Part shown: positions 47,261-59,200 of the stretch, piece by piece
Layout: each line of letters starts with the position of its first letter
Position numbering within the stretch: the first letter of the stretch is position 1
DNA from: Lama glama
Lineage: Eukaryota
Assembly: GCA_028534125.1 (NCBI GenBank)
Contig: CM052832.1
Location: 23,438,001 to 23,502,000, forward strand
Direction: 5' to 3'
DNA length: 64,000 bases
Program-made: the position numbers and the translations under genes
The notes under the pieces: model-generated
Databases searched by the model: none
What the model was told of the DNA's origin: nothing
The model's input: the letters and a program-made list of their open reading frames with translations, nothing else

Positions 47261-50200
47261 CTGTTTGCTTTATTTGGCAGAATTGTTGAGGAACTTTGTG
47301 TGTTAAAATGAAGGGTGGGCGGGAACACTCCCACAATAAAGCAAAACGTTTGATACGAAGCAGGCTCAGGCCTAGACCATTTAAAATCTATTTTTTTGTT
47401 GGTGCTGGGTTGAGATAAAGCCTGCCTGTAATGCCCGAATTTTGATTTTCAAGGGAACAAAAGTACTGACCAGAGCCGAGTAGGCATGGGGTGGGGGATG
47501 TTTAAGAGGGGGCTGCATTTACTAGATGGCAACATATTTGCATTTGAAAAGTGGTAACTGTTGGATCCTTATTAATTCTGCTCTATTCCACGCAGCAGTA
47601 TGGGAAAATGCCCTAAAATAATTTGAATATTTGGCATTTTTCTGGTAAGCCCCTAAGAAGAAAACGGTTGGAATTCGTTCAGTATAGCAATGCAGTAGCT
47701 TGTAAAAATAGGAAAGAGAAACCGGCGAGATTTGACAAAATTAATTCCTCTGAGACATGAGTTCGTTTTTCTAAAAGTCACCTGTTGATTGATGTGATAC
47801 AATTGAGTGATTCTTTTGCTCTTCAGAGATTTTTTTTCACTGAAGAGAGACTCTGAAGTAGGTTTGTTACTTTATTGCTAAAGGAAGCAACTGCCTTCAT
47901 TCTGTCATCCTGTGGTGCTCAGGCATAGTTTTGCTAAACTTGGGGGGAGAAATTATCAGGAGGTAAGATTGAGGATTCTTTCCTTTTTTGCTGAGGCTAG
48001 AATTTTTATCCAGTGTACAAACATTCTGCTTCCTATAGCAGATTGTTAGGGTGATTGTAAATAACTAAGTTGTATTTAAAATGTGTTAAATACTTTTCAG
48101 TAATGGATGTATTCTTGGATAATATTTTTAGGTACATTTACAATATTTATAGTATTTTAGATAATTTATAGCAATGTCGTTGTATATTTCATGATAATAG
48201 TAAGTAAAAACTCATTGAGCGAATTAAAATATTTACAGATTAAGTTAGAAGCGCGCATCGTCAACATTTTTTTCCCTCCAAACTGAATATTTTTATATTG
48301 TTTCAGAAAAAAATTCTGCCAGCTCAGATTCTTCAAAGCAGTCTAAGAAACAGGTAGAATGTTAAATTCTCTTATGTAGCGGTGGCTTCTGTTTTCCTTG
48401 CTGGTTTGGCACCTGCTCCTTGTCACTCTTAACCATAAGGAGTGCTACTGTTAGCTACTGTTTGATGAAATGAAGCTTTGTCATTTGTGGACAGAAACAG
48501 ATTTTATTTTGTGGAATTTGGATAGGAATTATAACTGTAGACAGTTGGTTAGAAATGCTAAATAATCAGCTGATCGTTTTTAAGGCCACCACTGCAGTTA
48601 CTAATCAGAATCTTTTAAGTAATGATTTGAAGGGTGATGTGGGGATTTATCCGTTTGTATCCCCTTATCTGGAGCTATAAGAATAGCATTGAAACATGGG
48701 TGTGCTCTTGTTCTGTCCTCCTGACAGATAAGGATTCTTTGAGTAGTGGATGGGCCCTTTGCGAATCTGCATGGGTACCTGTCATTGAGTTTACAGACAA
48801 ACTGGGAGGAGTCAACATAGCAGTGGTGCTTGCAGGCTGGGATTACTGTCTTTGCAAGGATGGAGACACCAGTGCATTTTGATTTTCATTATGCAGCTTG
48901 GTCTTGTAGTTCTCCACCGGGTTTTTCCTTAAAGCAACAGTACATTTAAAAATAGAAACAGTTCCTCCCTTGGGTTCTGCGTTGATTAATTGCGGCAATG
49001 CTTCATGTTATGCTTGTAATTCATTTCTATCATTTGTTTAGGGATAGAGCACGGCAAAGTGATACTATTATTTTCCTTACCTAGAAGTCCAAGATTTGAA
49101 GTGTAAGAAGTCTTTAAATTAATATTGGAAAAACTGTGTCAAATTGAGAATGACTATTTTTCTGAAAATTGCAAGAAATTGCTAATATACTAACCATGAT
49201 TGGAATTTTAAGTTGGTGAGTGAAAGTTTTCAGTCCTACTAGCAAGAGTGCATTGGTTTCCAGGAAAAGAAACAGATAGGCTTAGCCTTCATAATTTTCC
49301 CCCTTTATGGAAGCAAAGCCAAGACTGCATGTTAAGGACTAAAAGATCACAGGGCTTCTCAGGTTAAAGATATTTGTTTTGGTCCTGAAATTCTAAGAGG
49401 TCTAGGTTGATTGCTGATGTGTATACCAATGGTCATTCTGAAACATAAAGATATATATGAATTTGTTTCTTGAAATACCTTTTCATCAGTCTGCGGGAGA
49501 CATTTATGAAGTTCAGATCATGTGAGTACCATGCTTGGCATGGGGAGGCAAAGATCACTGTGGACCCCGTGCCTATGCCAGAAGCTCTCAACTTTGAGAG
49601 ATGTGGGAAGAGAAAGGAAAAAATAGTTGAAGCACAATGTAGTGGATTAGGTAGATTGTACTTTTGCCATTACATATACCATTTCATTTGGAAATGACCT
49701 GCTTCCTCTTCTGTCTTTTCTTCCTCTCCTTGAGGCTGGGAGCTCCAGGAAGGCAGGTCCCTCCTCCTACTTACCTTTGTGTCCCATGCCCTGGAACAGC
49801 ACCTGGCACATAGCAGGCCCTCTACACTGGGATGGTTCACAGTGTGATGGGGGCTGTGGGTGTGACGCAGGGTCCTGGCATCCTGCAAAGACAGGTGGCA
49901 TCTGTGCTGGTCGTGTGGGTGCTAAGAGTACAGGTTCGCTTTTTTAAGATCCAGAGAAAGTCCTTTGGCAAAGAAAGCGAAAGTATACCTGCTGCAAATT
50001 ACTTCTGGATGATTATGTGTGCATGCGTGCGTGCGGGATGTGGAACAGGATGCAGAAGCCAGGCGATTCAGGAAGGGGGAAGAGAACCCCTCATTTGCTA
50101 AAATAGGTAATAGTTTAAAATGAAAGCTTAAACAGATGTACAGTGCAGAGTGTCCCTCTCATCCCTGCTGTCATCTCTGCTCTTTCCACCCCCTCACCTT

Positions 50201-51489
50201 TCCAAAGGGAAGGTAACGGCAGTCATTAATTTCTCATGTGTGTTTTCAAATACACACAAAGTGCATGTTATTTATGCATATGCCCACAAATCTCTTTTCT
50301 GTCCTTCAATACCAGTATATTAAGAGTCATTTCTTTGTGTGTATGTATCTATGTCTGATAATGGGTAGTAGTAGTGGTTTTAAAAATATACGTGAGTGGC
50401 TCATGACTCTGATCTTTATAAGTTTTAGGAAGGAAAGCTTTATCATGAGGAGAGCATCATGGAACTTGCTTTCTGCTGAAATTTTTGTTCTTATTTTAAA
50501 TTACTTGGAAGTAAGGGAATCGTAGGGTAAGCATCCAAAGCAATGTGCATATATAACCTAAGTTAAAGGAAATGTGAGAAATTCTTCCTTGGAAATTAGT
50601 GTGTTTGGCATTTTGTCACCCAGCAATGATATGGAAACTAAATAAACATAGGGAAAAAACATCAGGTTTTCACATCACTAAAGTTTTGTTGTAAAAATGC
50701 ATCTTTCTCATATTTGAATGTAAGAACTAAGGTTGAAAAAGAAAGGTAGAGAGGGGAAATTCTCATAGACTCCCAGGATTAGAACTCAGGATTAGGTGGA
50801 CAGCCATCATTTATTTGAATCCAGTCCTGATTTCATGGTCCTATGAGATGCACAGTGCAGTGAAACATCGATTAAGTAGTAGGTCTATTTTACCAAGTTG
50901 TTCTTGCAATGGACTTTTCACATCAAAGCTCAATTGTATCTTTTAAGAAGATTGCTTCCTTAGATACTCTAAAATGTTTTTTGCATAGGTAACAGCATGG
51001 CAGAATTAAAAAAGGAGAGGGGCTGGTCATTGTCCAGCCAAGCCTAACAAACTCATTATTTTTATTTTCCCCCACCTTCATTTTGTCTTTATCCATATAA
51101 TATAAATATTTGTGATGACAGTTTTGTTTTGCTTTTCTCCCATTGGTGTTTTGTCATGCAACATAGTTTGCACAATTAATAATTTAAATAATTGAGTAGT
51201 CTGTTGAGTTTCATAATTTTTAACCATATTTCTATATTTTTGGATCTTTAGGTTGTTTCTGATAATTATAAATAACTGAGAGCATCTTCATGGAACTTGT
51301 AAAAAATCATTTGCTAATTGAAAGGCATTTCTTCTCAAGCGAGCTTGCTAACACAAAAATACATCTTTGAAATTGCATGACTACAGGAACTATTCTCTTA
51401 CATTATAATAGAGTTGAAAGTTGATAATTTTATGATTTAAGTGTGAGCTAGGTCATGGAAAAACTGACATTGTATGCGCTATAACAAGA

Positions 51490-52285
51490 CCAGGGATTCT
51501 CTCACTTGAGTGCGCATCAGAGCCATTTGGAATTGTTTGGGGAGCCCCACCCCAAAAGCTTCTGGTCCAGTACCTTGGCTTGAGAAAATATTTCTAACAA
51601 GTGCCCAGGTGATACTGATGCTGTTAGCTCAGGACCAGGCTTTGAGAATCACTGCTCTAGAGTAGCACCATCCAATAATAGCATTTTCTGTGATGATGGA
51701 AATGTCTTATGCACCTGCTGTCCAGTATGGTAACCACTAGCCATGCATGGTGATTGAGCACTTGAAATGTGGCCAGTGCAACCAAAGAACTGAATTTTAA
51801 ATTTTTACTTAATTTTCATTAATTTAAATTTAAACAGCTACATGTGGCAGGTGGCTACCATATTGGACAGAACAAATCTGGACTTGATTCTTTACCTTGG
51901 TTGCACTTTAGAATCACCTGGGGTGCTTTAAAAATAGATGCCTGGGTCCTTCCCCGAGTTTCTGGCTTAATTGGGCTGTAGTGTACCTTAGGCATTGGGC
52001 GTTTTAAACGCTTCCCACGTGTCCCAGTTACTGTTGTTTTTAACGGATCAGTCCCAAAGTTGGTGGTCTGAAACCACCATCTGCTCCTGGACTCTGTGGG
52101 TCAGAAATTCAGACGGAGTAGATATGACTTGTCTCCACCATCCCTGGGGTCGCATCTGTAAAGACTAGAAATCTGAGGGCAGAGTCATCTGAAGGCTTGA
52201 CCGGGTTGACTGTCCAAGGTGGTTAACTCACATGGTTGGCAGTTGATTTTCATGTGTAGCCAAGGTTGAAAAGCCCTGGCCTAGT
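51490..52285. mobile_element. Cluster of MER5-like and MER3-like hAT relics with a MaLR fragment
   Basis: tttctaacaagtgcccaggtgatactgatgctg (MER5), tccagtatggtaaccactagccatgcatgg..cttgaaatgtggccagtg (MER3), tagaatcacctggggtgc (MER5), ctgtgggtcagaaattcag..ctcacatggttggcagttga (MLT1). Confidence 0.65.
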
Positions 52286-53570
52286 TCAATAAGTCAGGTT
52301 TTAAAGCCGAGTTTCACAACTTGTCCTTTGGTTTATTTCGAGTGTGATCATGTATGCAAATTCTCATAACCATTAACTTTCTCAAAATTAGTGTCTTGAA
52401 AGCCTCATAAAATCAGCCTAAATATTTACCTCATTAAGGCAACTTATGGAACTTAAACAGGGTCTTCCTGTGCTAAGGGTATGTATTATTAAGAAAGTTA
52501 AACCTTACAATGCTAAATAACTTCTCTCCCATTTAAAAAAAAAAGCCTCCTGGTCTCTAGCCAGGTGGATTTAATCAGAATACCTCTTACTTACTTTTAC
52601 TAGAATTATAGCAGGGGGTGCGAAGAAATTACCTCAGTTATCTGCATGTAGGGTATTTGTCCCTTCACCTGACTCCTTCACCTGACTTCTCGAGAAGCAC
52701 AGGTTTTTCAGCTTTCTAATGGTGCATGGACCACAGCTCCCTGCGTCAGGTCCTGTATCTATGTGGTGATCCCAGCCTCAGCTCCTGTATTACTGCAGAG
52801 CCCTGGGGACCCCATTTCTGTGGAGGATCAGGATGGTGTGATGGCTGGATGTGAAGTCTGCGTGCTGCCTGGTTCTGCCACTGATGTGGTGTGTCTCCTT
52901 GAGCTAGCCATCAATCCTTTTCCGTCCGAGTTTCTTCATCAGTCAAACTGAGGGCTGAACTAGGTAATCTGTACGATTTTTTTTAAGCTGTAAAATTCAG
53001 ATTTATCCCAACTAACATGTCAAATAGAGTAAGAAGGTAACATTTATAGGGGCTGACATGGGTTGCATTGTAATTTACTTCTTGTCAGCGTGTTCAGAAA
53101 ACTCGGGAGGACAGGGTGACTGCTCTTGGGAGGCTCTGTTTGCCTGTAGTAGCTGATGGGAGAATTGGAGGCGGCAAGTGAAATAAGACAGCCACCAGCT
53201 CCAGACACCCGAAGTCCTTACCCGCTGGCTGAGGAGCCTGGGCTCCTTGCAGACGTGCTGTGAGCCCCTGTCTCAGCTAGGACAGCAGCTTTTACGTGTG
53301 CCTACAGGACACTGTAAGTCTTCTGATTTAGACCTTTCCATTAGTTTTTATCTTGTACAGTTGTGCTCTTTTGGGGAACCAGTGATTTTTAAGCTCTTCT
53401 TGTAGGCAAACAGCTGTTTTATGTGATGAGTATGTGTGCTTAGGGGTGGAGAAATGACATTTCCAGAGCTGTCAGCCTGAAGCTTCCTTGGGCGGCTCGT
53501 TGTTTCTGAGGGTTCCGTTCTACCAAAATTGTGACTAATCCCCAGTATTTCTTTTCTTTGATTGTGAGAT

Positions 53571-54070
53571 NNNNNNNNNNNNNNNNNNNNNNNNNNNNNN
53601 NNNNNNNNNNNNNNNNNNNNNNNNNNNNNNNNNNNNNNNNNNNNNNNNNNNNNNNNNNNNNNNNNNNNNNNNNNNNNNNNNNNNNNNNNNNNNNNNNNNN
53701 NNNNNNNNNNNNNNNNNNNNNNNNNNNNNNNNNNNNNNNNNNNNNNNNNNNNNNNNNNNNNNNNNNNNNNNNNNNNNNNNNNNNNNNNNNNNNNNNNNNN
53801 NNNNNNNNNNNNNNNNNNNNNNNNNNNNNNNNNNNNNNNNNNNNNNNNNNNNNNNNNNNNNNNNNNNNNNNNNNNNNNNNNNNNNNNNNNNNNNNNNNNN
53901 NNNNNNNNNNNNNNNNNNNNNNNNNNNNNNNNNNNNNNNNNNNNNNNNNNNNNNNNNNNNNNNNNNNNNNNNNNNNNNNNNNNNNNNNNNNNNNNNNNNN
54001 NNNNNNNNNNNNNNNNNNNNNNNNNNNNNNNNNNNNNNNNNNNNNNNNNNNNNNNNNNNNNNNNNNNNNN
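53571..54070. other. Assembly gap (500 N)
   Basis: Run of N. Confidence 1.
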
Positions 54071-55665
54071 AGACGGGGGTGTGTGTGTCTGTGTGTGTTT
54101 CCCTTCTGGTTTGTGTCCTCTTACCCATTCTTTTGAAACAAGAGTGGAGTTATTGATTCCGGCTGGCCCTTCGGAGTCTGGTCTGTAGGTGTGATGAGCT
54201 TTGCTGCTGTTAGAAGAGGCGTGAGGAAAGCATCTGCGTGCAGTTCCCTTGAGGGAAGAAGTTCAGAGCCTTGGTTTTTTTTTTGTTTTTGTTTTCTTTT
54301 TAAAGACAGGGAACAGGAAGGAAGGCTTGGAGGAAAGGGAAGCTTTACCCTTGGCTGTCGGCTCTTTGTGTTGTCTTGAAGAGACACTCCCTACCGCCGT
54401 GAATGACCACAGCTATTCGTGAGTGTCAAGCTGGGAGCCTCAGGGGAAAATCAGAAAGGGCAAACCATGGCGAACTGCTCAGGCGTTCTGTTGCAAGTAC
54501 TGAGTAGATTTATCCCATGTTTTGGAAGGGCCACGTCCAGTAAACCCTCATGTAGTTTGTTGAACAGATTAACAAGCCTTTAAGAGTACTTACATTTTAT
54601 AGTTTAATAAAACAAGCCCTTAGAGATTGATGCTTTGTGTGCCCACCTATTTGTAACACCAGCTCAATAGAGAATGTGTTAGGATGTGTAGCTGAACTTG
54701 TAACTGCTCTTTTTAAAATTGGATAACAGACTGTTAGGGTTTTTTGTTTTGCTTTGCCTTTTGTTCTTGATCCTTAACGACTTCTATTTATATAGTTAAT
54801 TAAAGTGTAGTATTCACTGTACAAATTGTAACAGGGGATGGTTACATTATTACTCTGAGAAAGATCCTTAAAATTACTCCTTTCAAGGGTAATGTTTTGA
54901 GTAAGGAGGGAGGAGTGTGGTAGGGAAAGCTTATCAAGATACTGGTGTTAAATTTGAGCAGACTTATCCAGTTTTAAACATCTGCTTTTTTGATCTAGAG
55001 TTACTGTAACAAATAGGTAACATTAGCATGGTAATATAACCAAGTTGTTTTTTGTTTGTTTTGTTTTGTTTTGTTTTGAAGCCTTGAAGTATTGCTGGCT
55101 TTGATAGTTAGAATAGTATTCCCACTCTGGGATGACAGCTTAGTCTGCGTTTTTGTGATGAATTATGCAGTGGAAATAATTTCCCCTAATTTTTTTCTTT
55201 TAAATATTGAACAAAGAATCCTCCTTATCTGTGTGTATGATTGAATTTTTGAATGGCAGGGTACATCTTTGCTTTTGTAGTTTGATACACTGAAATAACC
55301 TTACCCATCTATTTAAAAGTTAGCCTAAATAAAGTTTAAATTTTCATAAGTATGTAAATTACCTTGTATTTGGGCCAGAGCTTTTACTTTCAAGAAGAGG
55401 AAATCTTTTATTTGCCTTTTGCATGTTTCTGTGGCTATTGGTTGGGTGGAAATAACTAATTTGTAAAACACTATCAAGTAGTGTTGCTGAATGGTGTGGT
55501 CCAGAGCCACTGAGAGAACTTGGGAGGCAGACTGCTTATATTTGAAACTGACTCTGCAACGTACAAGCTGTGAAATGCCGGGCAGGTCCCCTAACTCTCT
55601 GTGCCAGAGTTCCTCATCAGTAAAATGAGAACAATAAAAGACCTTACAGGGATTTTGAGGATTAG

Positions 55666-56290
55666 TGTTACCTGAAAAGCTGGGTTCACCTCTTTGTGGG
55701 TGTTGAGCCAAAAGACACAGCCAAGGAGAGAGCAGCAGAAGGAAGGATTTATTACTTGCAGCAAGTAAGGAGAACACGGGGGATCTTTCCCAAAGCAGTG
55801 GCTCCCCAACAGCAGAATTGGGGAAGTTTTAAGGGTACATGTATACCTGTGAAGGGCCTTGTGTGGTGTATGCATATTCATGAAGGGGCTTGAGCAGAGG
55901 AGAATTCAGCATAAAATTGGGGCGCAGGTCAACAGAGTCCAAACTTTAGTTGATGAAAGTCAGAAGTCAGCTTCATTATTCCCGCCTCCACATGGACAAG
56001 GGCTTTAGTTCCTGCAGAACTCAAAGATATGTATCAGATTGTTATTTACATCCCTTGAGGAGGAGCTAGGACTCTGTATTATGGCTGCACTATGTTTTTG
56101 ACTGCTTTTCCTTTGTGCCAGCATTCCCTCACTTCCCTTAAGACCAGTAGTTACCAAGACCTGTTCAAGGGGAAGCATTGTGGCTAGGCTTTGATCTCAA
56201 AATGGCTTAGGCCAAAAATGGCTTCCCTTCTGTCAAAGAAGCCATGCCTGATTCTCTTTCTCTGGGGACCCCCTACCCTACCTGCTTACA
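55666..56290 (-). mobile_element. ERV1-class solo LTR (about 625 bp) inserted into a MIR, antisense to KIF13A
   Basis: Termini TGTTA...TTACA, 4-bp flanks ttag/tcag, and AATAAA on the minus strand (tttatt near 55748). MIR sequence lies on both sides. Confidence 0.75.
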
Positions 56291-59200
56291 TCAGCAGGGT
56301 TCCTGGCACAGAGCATACATGAAGCATTGGCAGTTTAATGGGGGACACTTAAAGCTCGTTGACCTAGGCTTTCTCATTCCCAGTTTTATAAATGAATTTT
56401 TTTTTAAACACCTAAAAAGAGCAACTGAAAAAGGAACTCTCAGAATTCTTGCTTTTAATTGTTACGGATTTTCTGATTATTTTTTATTTAAATGTGGACG
56501 CTTCATGCAGTATGTGTTTGAAAGACCACCTTTGCTACGTTAAGTTGGGCATTTGCCACGTCTCAGCTACAGACCTGCTCTGTGGAGATAGATGTGGTGA
56601 ATTTTGTTGAATGGGAAATTCCTTCTGTAACAGGTGTTCCCCAGTCTGGTCATTTGGCTGTCACTCATTTGGGTGAAGAATACATTGAGCAGTGAGATGT
56701 TCTTGACAAAATTTTGGCTTGTTTTTAAAAGTGTGTTTGGGAAGGATGGGGGGCTGGCGATGGGAGGGTGCACCAGAGTCCTGGAATAAGATCTGAAGCG
56801 GGGAACCTCAGTGCAAATTGCCTGCCCTGGAGGTTCACCCATTGCCAAACTGTCTGAATAACAAGAGAGCCTGTTTGGAGACCTGCTCTGGGCTGTAGGG
56901 ATGGGACTTTAGTCCCAGTCGGGGAACTTCAGTTCTGGGTTCCAGGGAGGGGGTGCTGGTCCTTTGTTACCTTAGACGCAGTACGTCTCACTAAGTGTCT
57001 GTGGTACTCTATTGTTTACTAATTGGATATATGGTTACTATATAAGAACCGGGCTTTAGTTCGCATAGGGGATTTGTGGATGCTCGGCACTCCCTAGTCA
57101 TTCCATCTTCTGAGGCAGTGAGCATCTGAAGCTACTGAAACATTGTGTTGAGTAACACTGGGTTTCTATGCTTTTTTTTTTCCTCCCTTCCTGAGGAAAC
57201 TGATTTTATTATCCCAATCCCCAGGCTGGTGACTCCTGTTCCAGGGTTTACCACACTGGAGACATGGACTGAGGGCTTCTCTATTTAAAATTCAAAATAG
57301 AGGAATAGTTTTACTTATATATCTAGTTCTCTGGCACCCCTTAAGGGAATGTATTTTATCCTGACCTCTCTTATTTGGGTATCAGCTTATTGGTAATCTG
57401 TTGGTTTTTGGTGGTCTTTCACTGACACTAAAATTCAGAAAATGTGTTTAGGCTGCTTCATAGAAACATTCGAGTTCTTTTGAACTTACTAGTCATTTTC
57501 TTAAAAGTCATTTAAAAAGAAATACAGACTTGCAAACCTAAATGCATACATATTTGTGGGTTTTTTTTTTTTTTTAAGTAAGGGAGAGATGTACACCCTG
57601 AGAAGTTTTGGTCAGGTTATCCAATTCCTTGTGTTCCGAAATACACAGAAACTAAAGAGGAAGATAATGGGAAGTTTTCATGTGCTAAATACGTTGTACA
57701 TTTACACAAACGAGCATCATGTGTGTTTTGCTTTTCTCCTTTTTCCCTCTGCACGTGGAACGTTTCAGCCAACATTCCCGGCCTGTGGCTTTGCACGGGG
57801 TGGGGGCGAACATACAGGCGTGTTTCTCCGATTGGCCGCACCCTGCTCTCAGCTGTGCTCCCTGAGGTCGCCCAGGCTCTCAGAGTTCATGCTGCTCCCC
57901 CTTGTCCCACGCCTGGAAGCAAAGAGCATGATGGGACGATGGGGAGGGAGGGGGATTAAAGGAATTGAGTCAGCCTGGGCCCTGGCTTTCCAGGCCCTCC
58001 CCAAAGCCGCTTTGGTGATCTGGAGTCAGCATTAGGCCAAGGTGGGGGAGACAAGGTCAGGCTCCATGTGTGCACCCCATTCCGTAGCTGGAATGTTTTA
58101 AAGTGTCTGAGGTATGTGTTAGATATCTTCCATTTTAAATTGAAAAGATAAAGCCTTTGACATGATAGGCAGCCTTCGAGACTGAACAGCTGTTAATTGG
58201 CATGTATATTATATCCTGTTGGAAAGTTTCATTCCAGATAGGACTCTGAATGCCGAGGAACATTTTAATTTCAGAATTCCGAGAGAGGCAATCTAATGAC
58301 AATATGAAAGTGAATAGATTTCAGGTCAGTTACATGCTCATAGCAATTTGCCTGCTTCAGTTACCAGGCGTTTATTTGTTCTTGATCAGTTTTCATGCCG
58401 TCTTTGACTTAAATGTCTGGATCCTGGATACCCTGGCTCTGGGCGTTAGTGACAGGGGACTCCTCTCTGTGCCTTTTATTTAGTGAATTCTTTCTAGGAA
58501 CGTCACTGATAAGCCCTGGTGAGCAGAAATAAGCTATAGCCATTTAAAAGCCTTGAATCCACTCCCCTGATCATTCTGGTGCCCTTCCTCCATCCATGTG
58601 GCCAAAACCTGTGGCCCTAGATGAAGACAGAAAGAAGTGTTGCAGAAGGCAGCTTGTTCACACGTGTTTGCCTGCATGGGCTGCTGTGAACATGCAAGCA
58701 GGTTGGTTAATGATCTGCTTTTGAGTTGGATGAGTAGGAGGAATGTATTTATGGGGAAACTGAAAACTCTTGTTAGAAACTGAACATGTAGAAACTTAAC
58801 CAAACCAAAGCTACCTCTTTCTGCCATCTCTGCCTTTATGTCATCAGGCCTCTGGGTGGAACGAGGTAGATGCAGAGCACTGTTACTTTTTGTAGTGTCT
58901 GTGATGCAGGATGCTTGCTGGCCAGAGCCCTGCGGTCCTGTGCCCGAGGCCTCCCTCTGCACTGCTCGCCCCTGAGCTGTTCTGGGTCAAGGCAGAGTGG
59001 GCTCCCCTTTACTGAGTGAGGTGGAGTTGAGAGAAGCTGTAGTTCAGGAACTGATGTGCATTTCGGGGTGTATACATTGGGAAAAAATAATACCACTCAC
59101 GTTCATGGTTTTCTGAAAAGCTGCCTTTCATGAAAGCTCTTCAGTTGCTTGTGGCTTCTCACTTGCAGAACGTGGCCCTTTAATAAAGACTCCTGATTTT

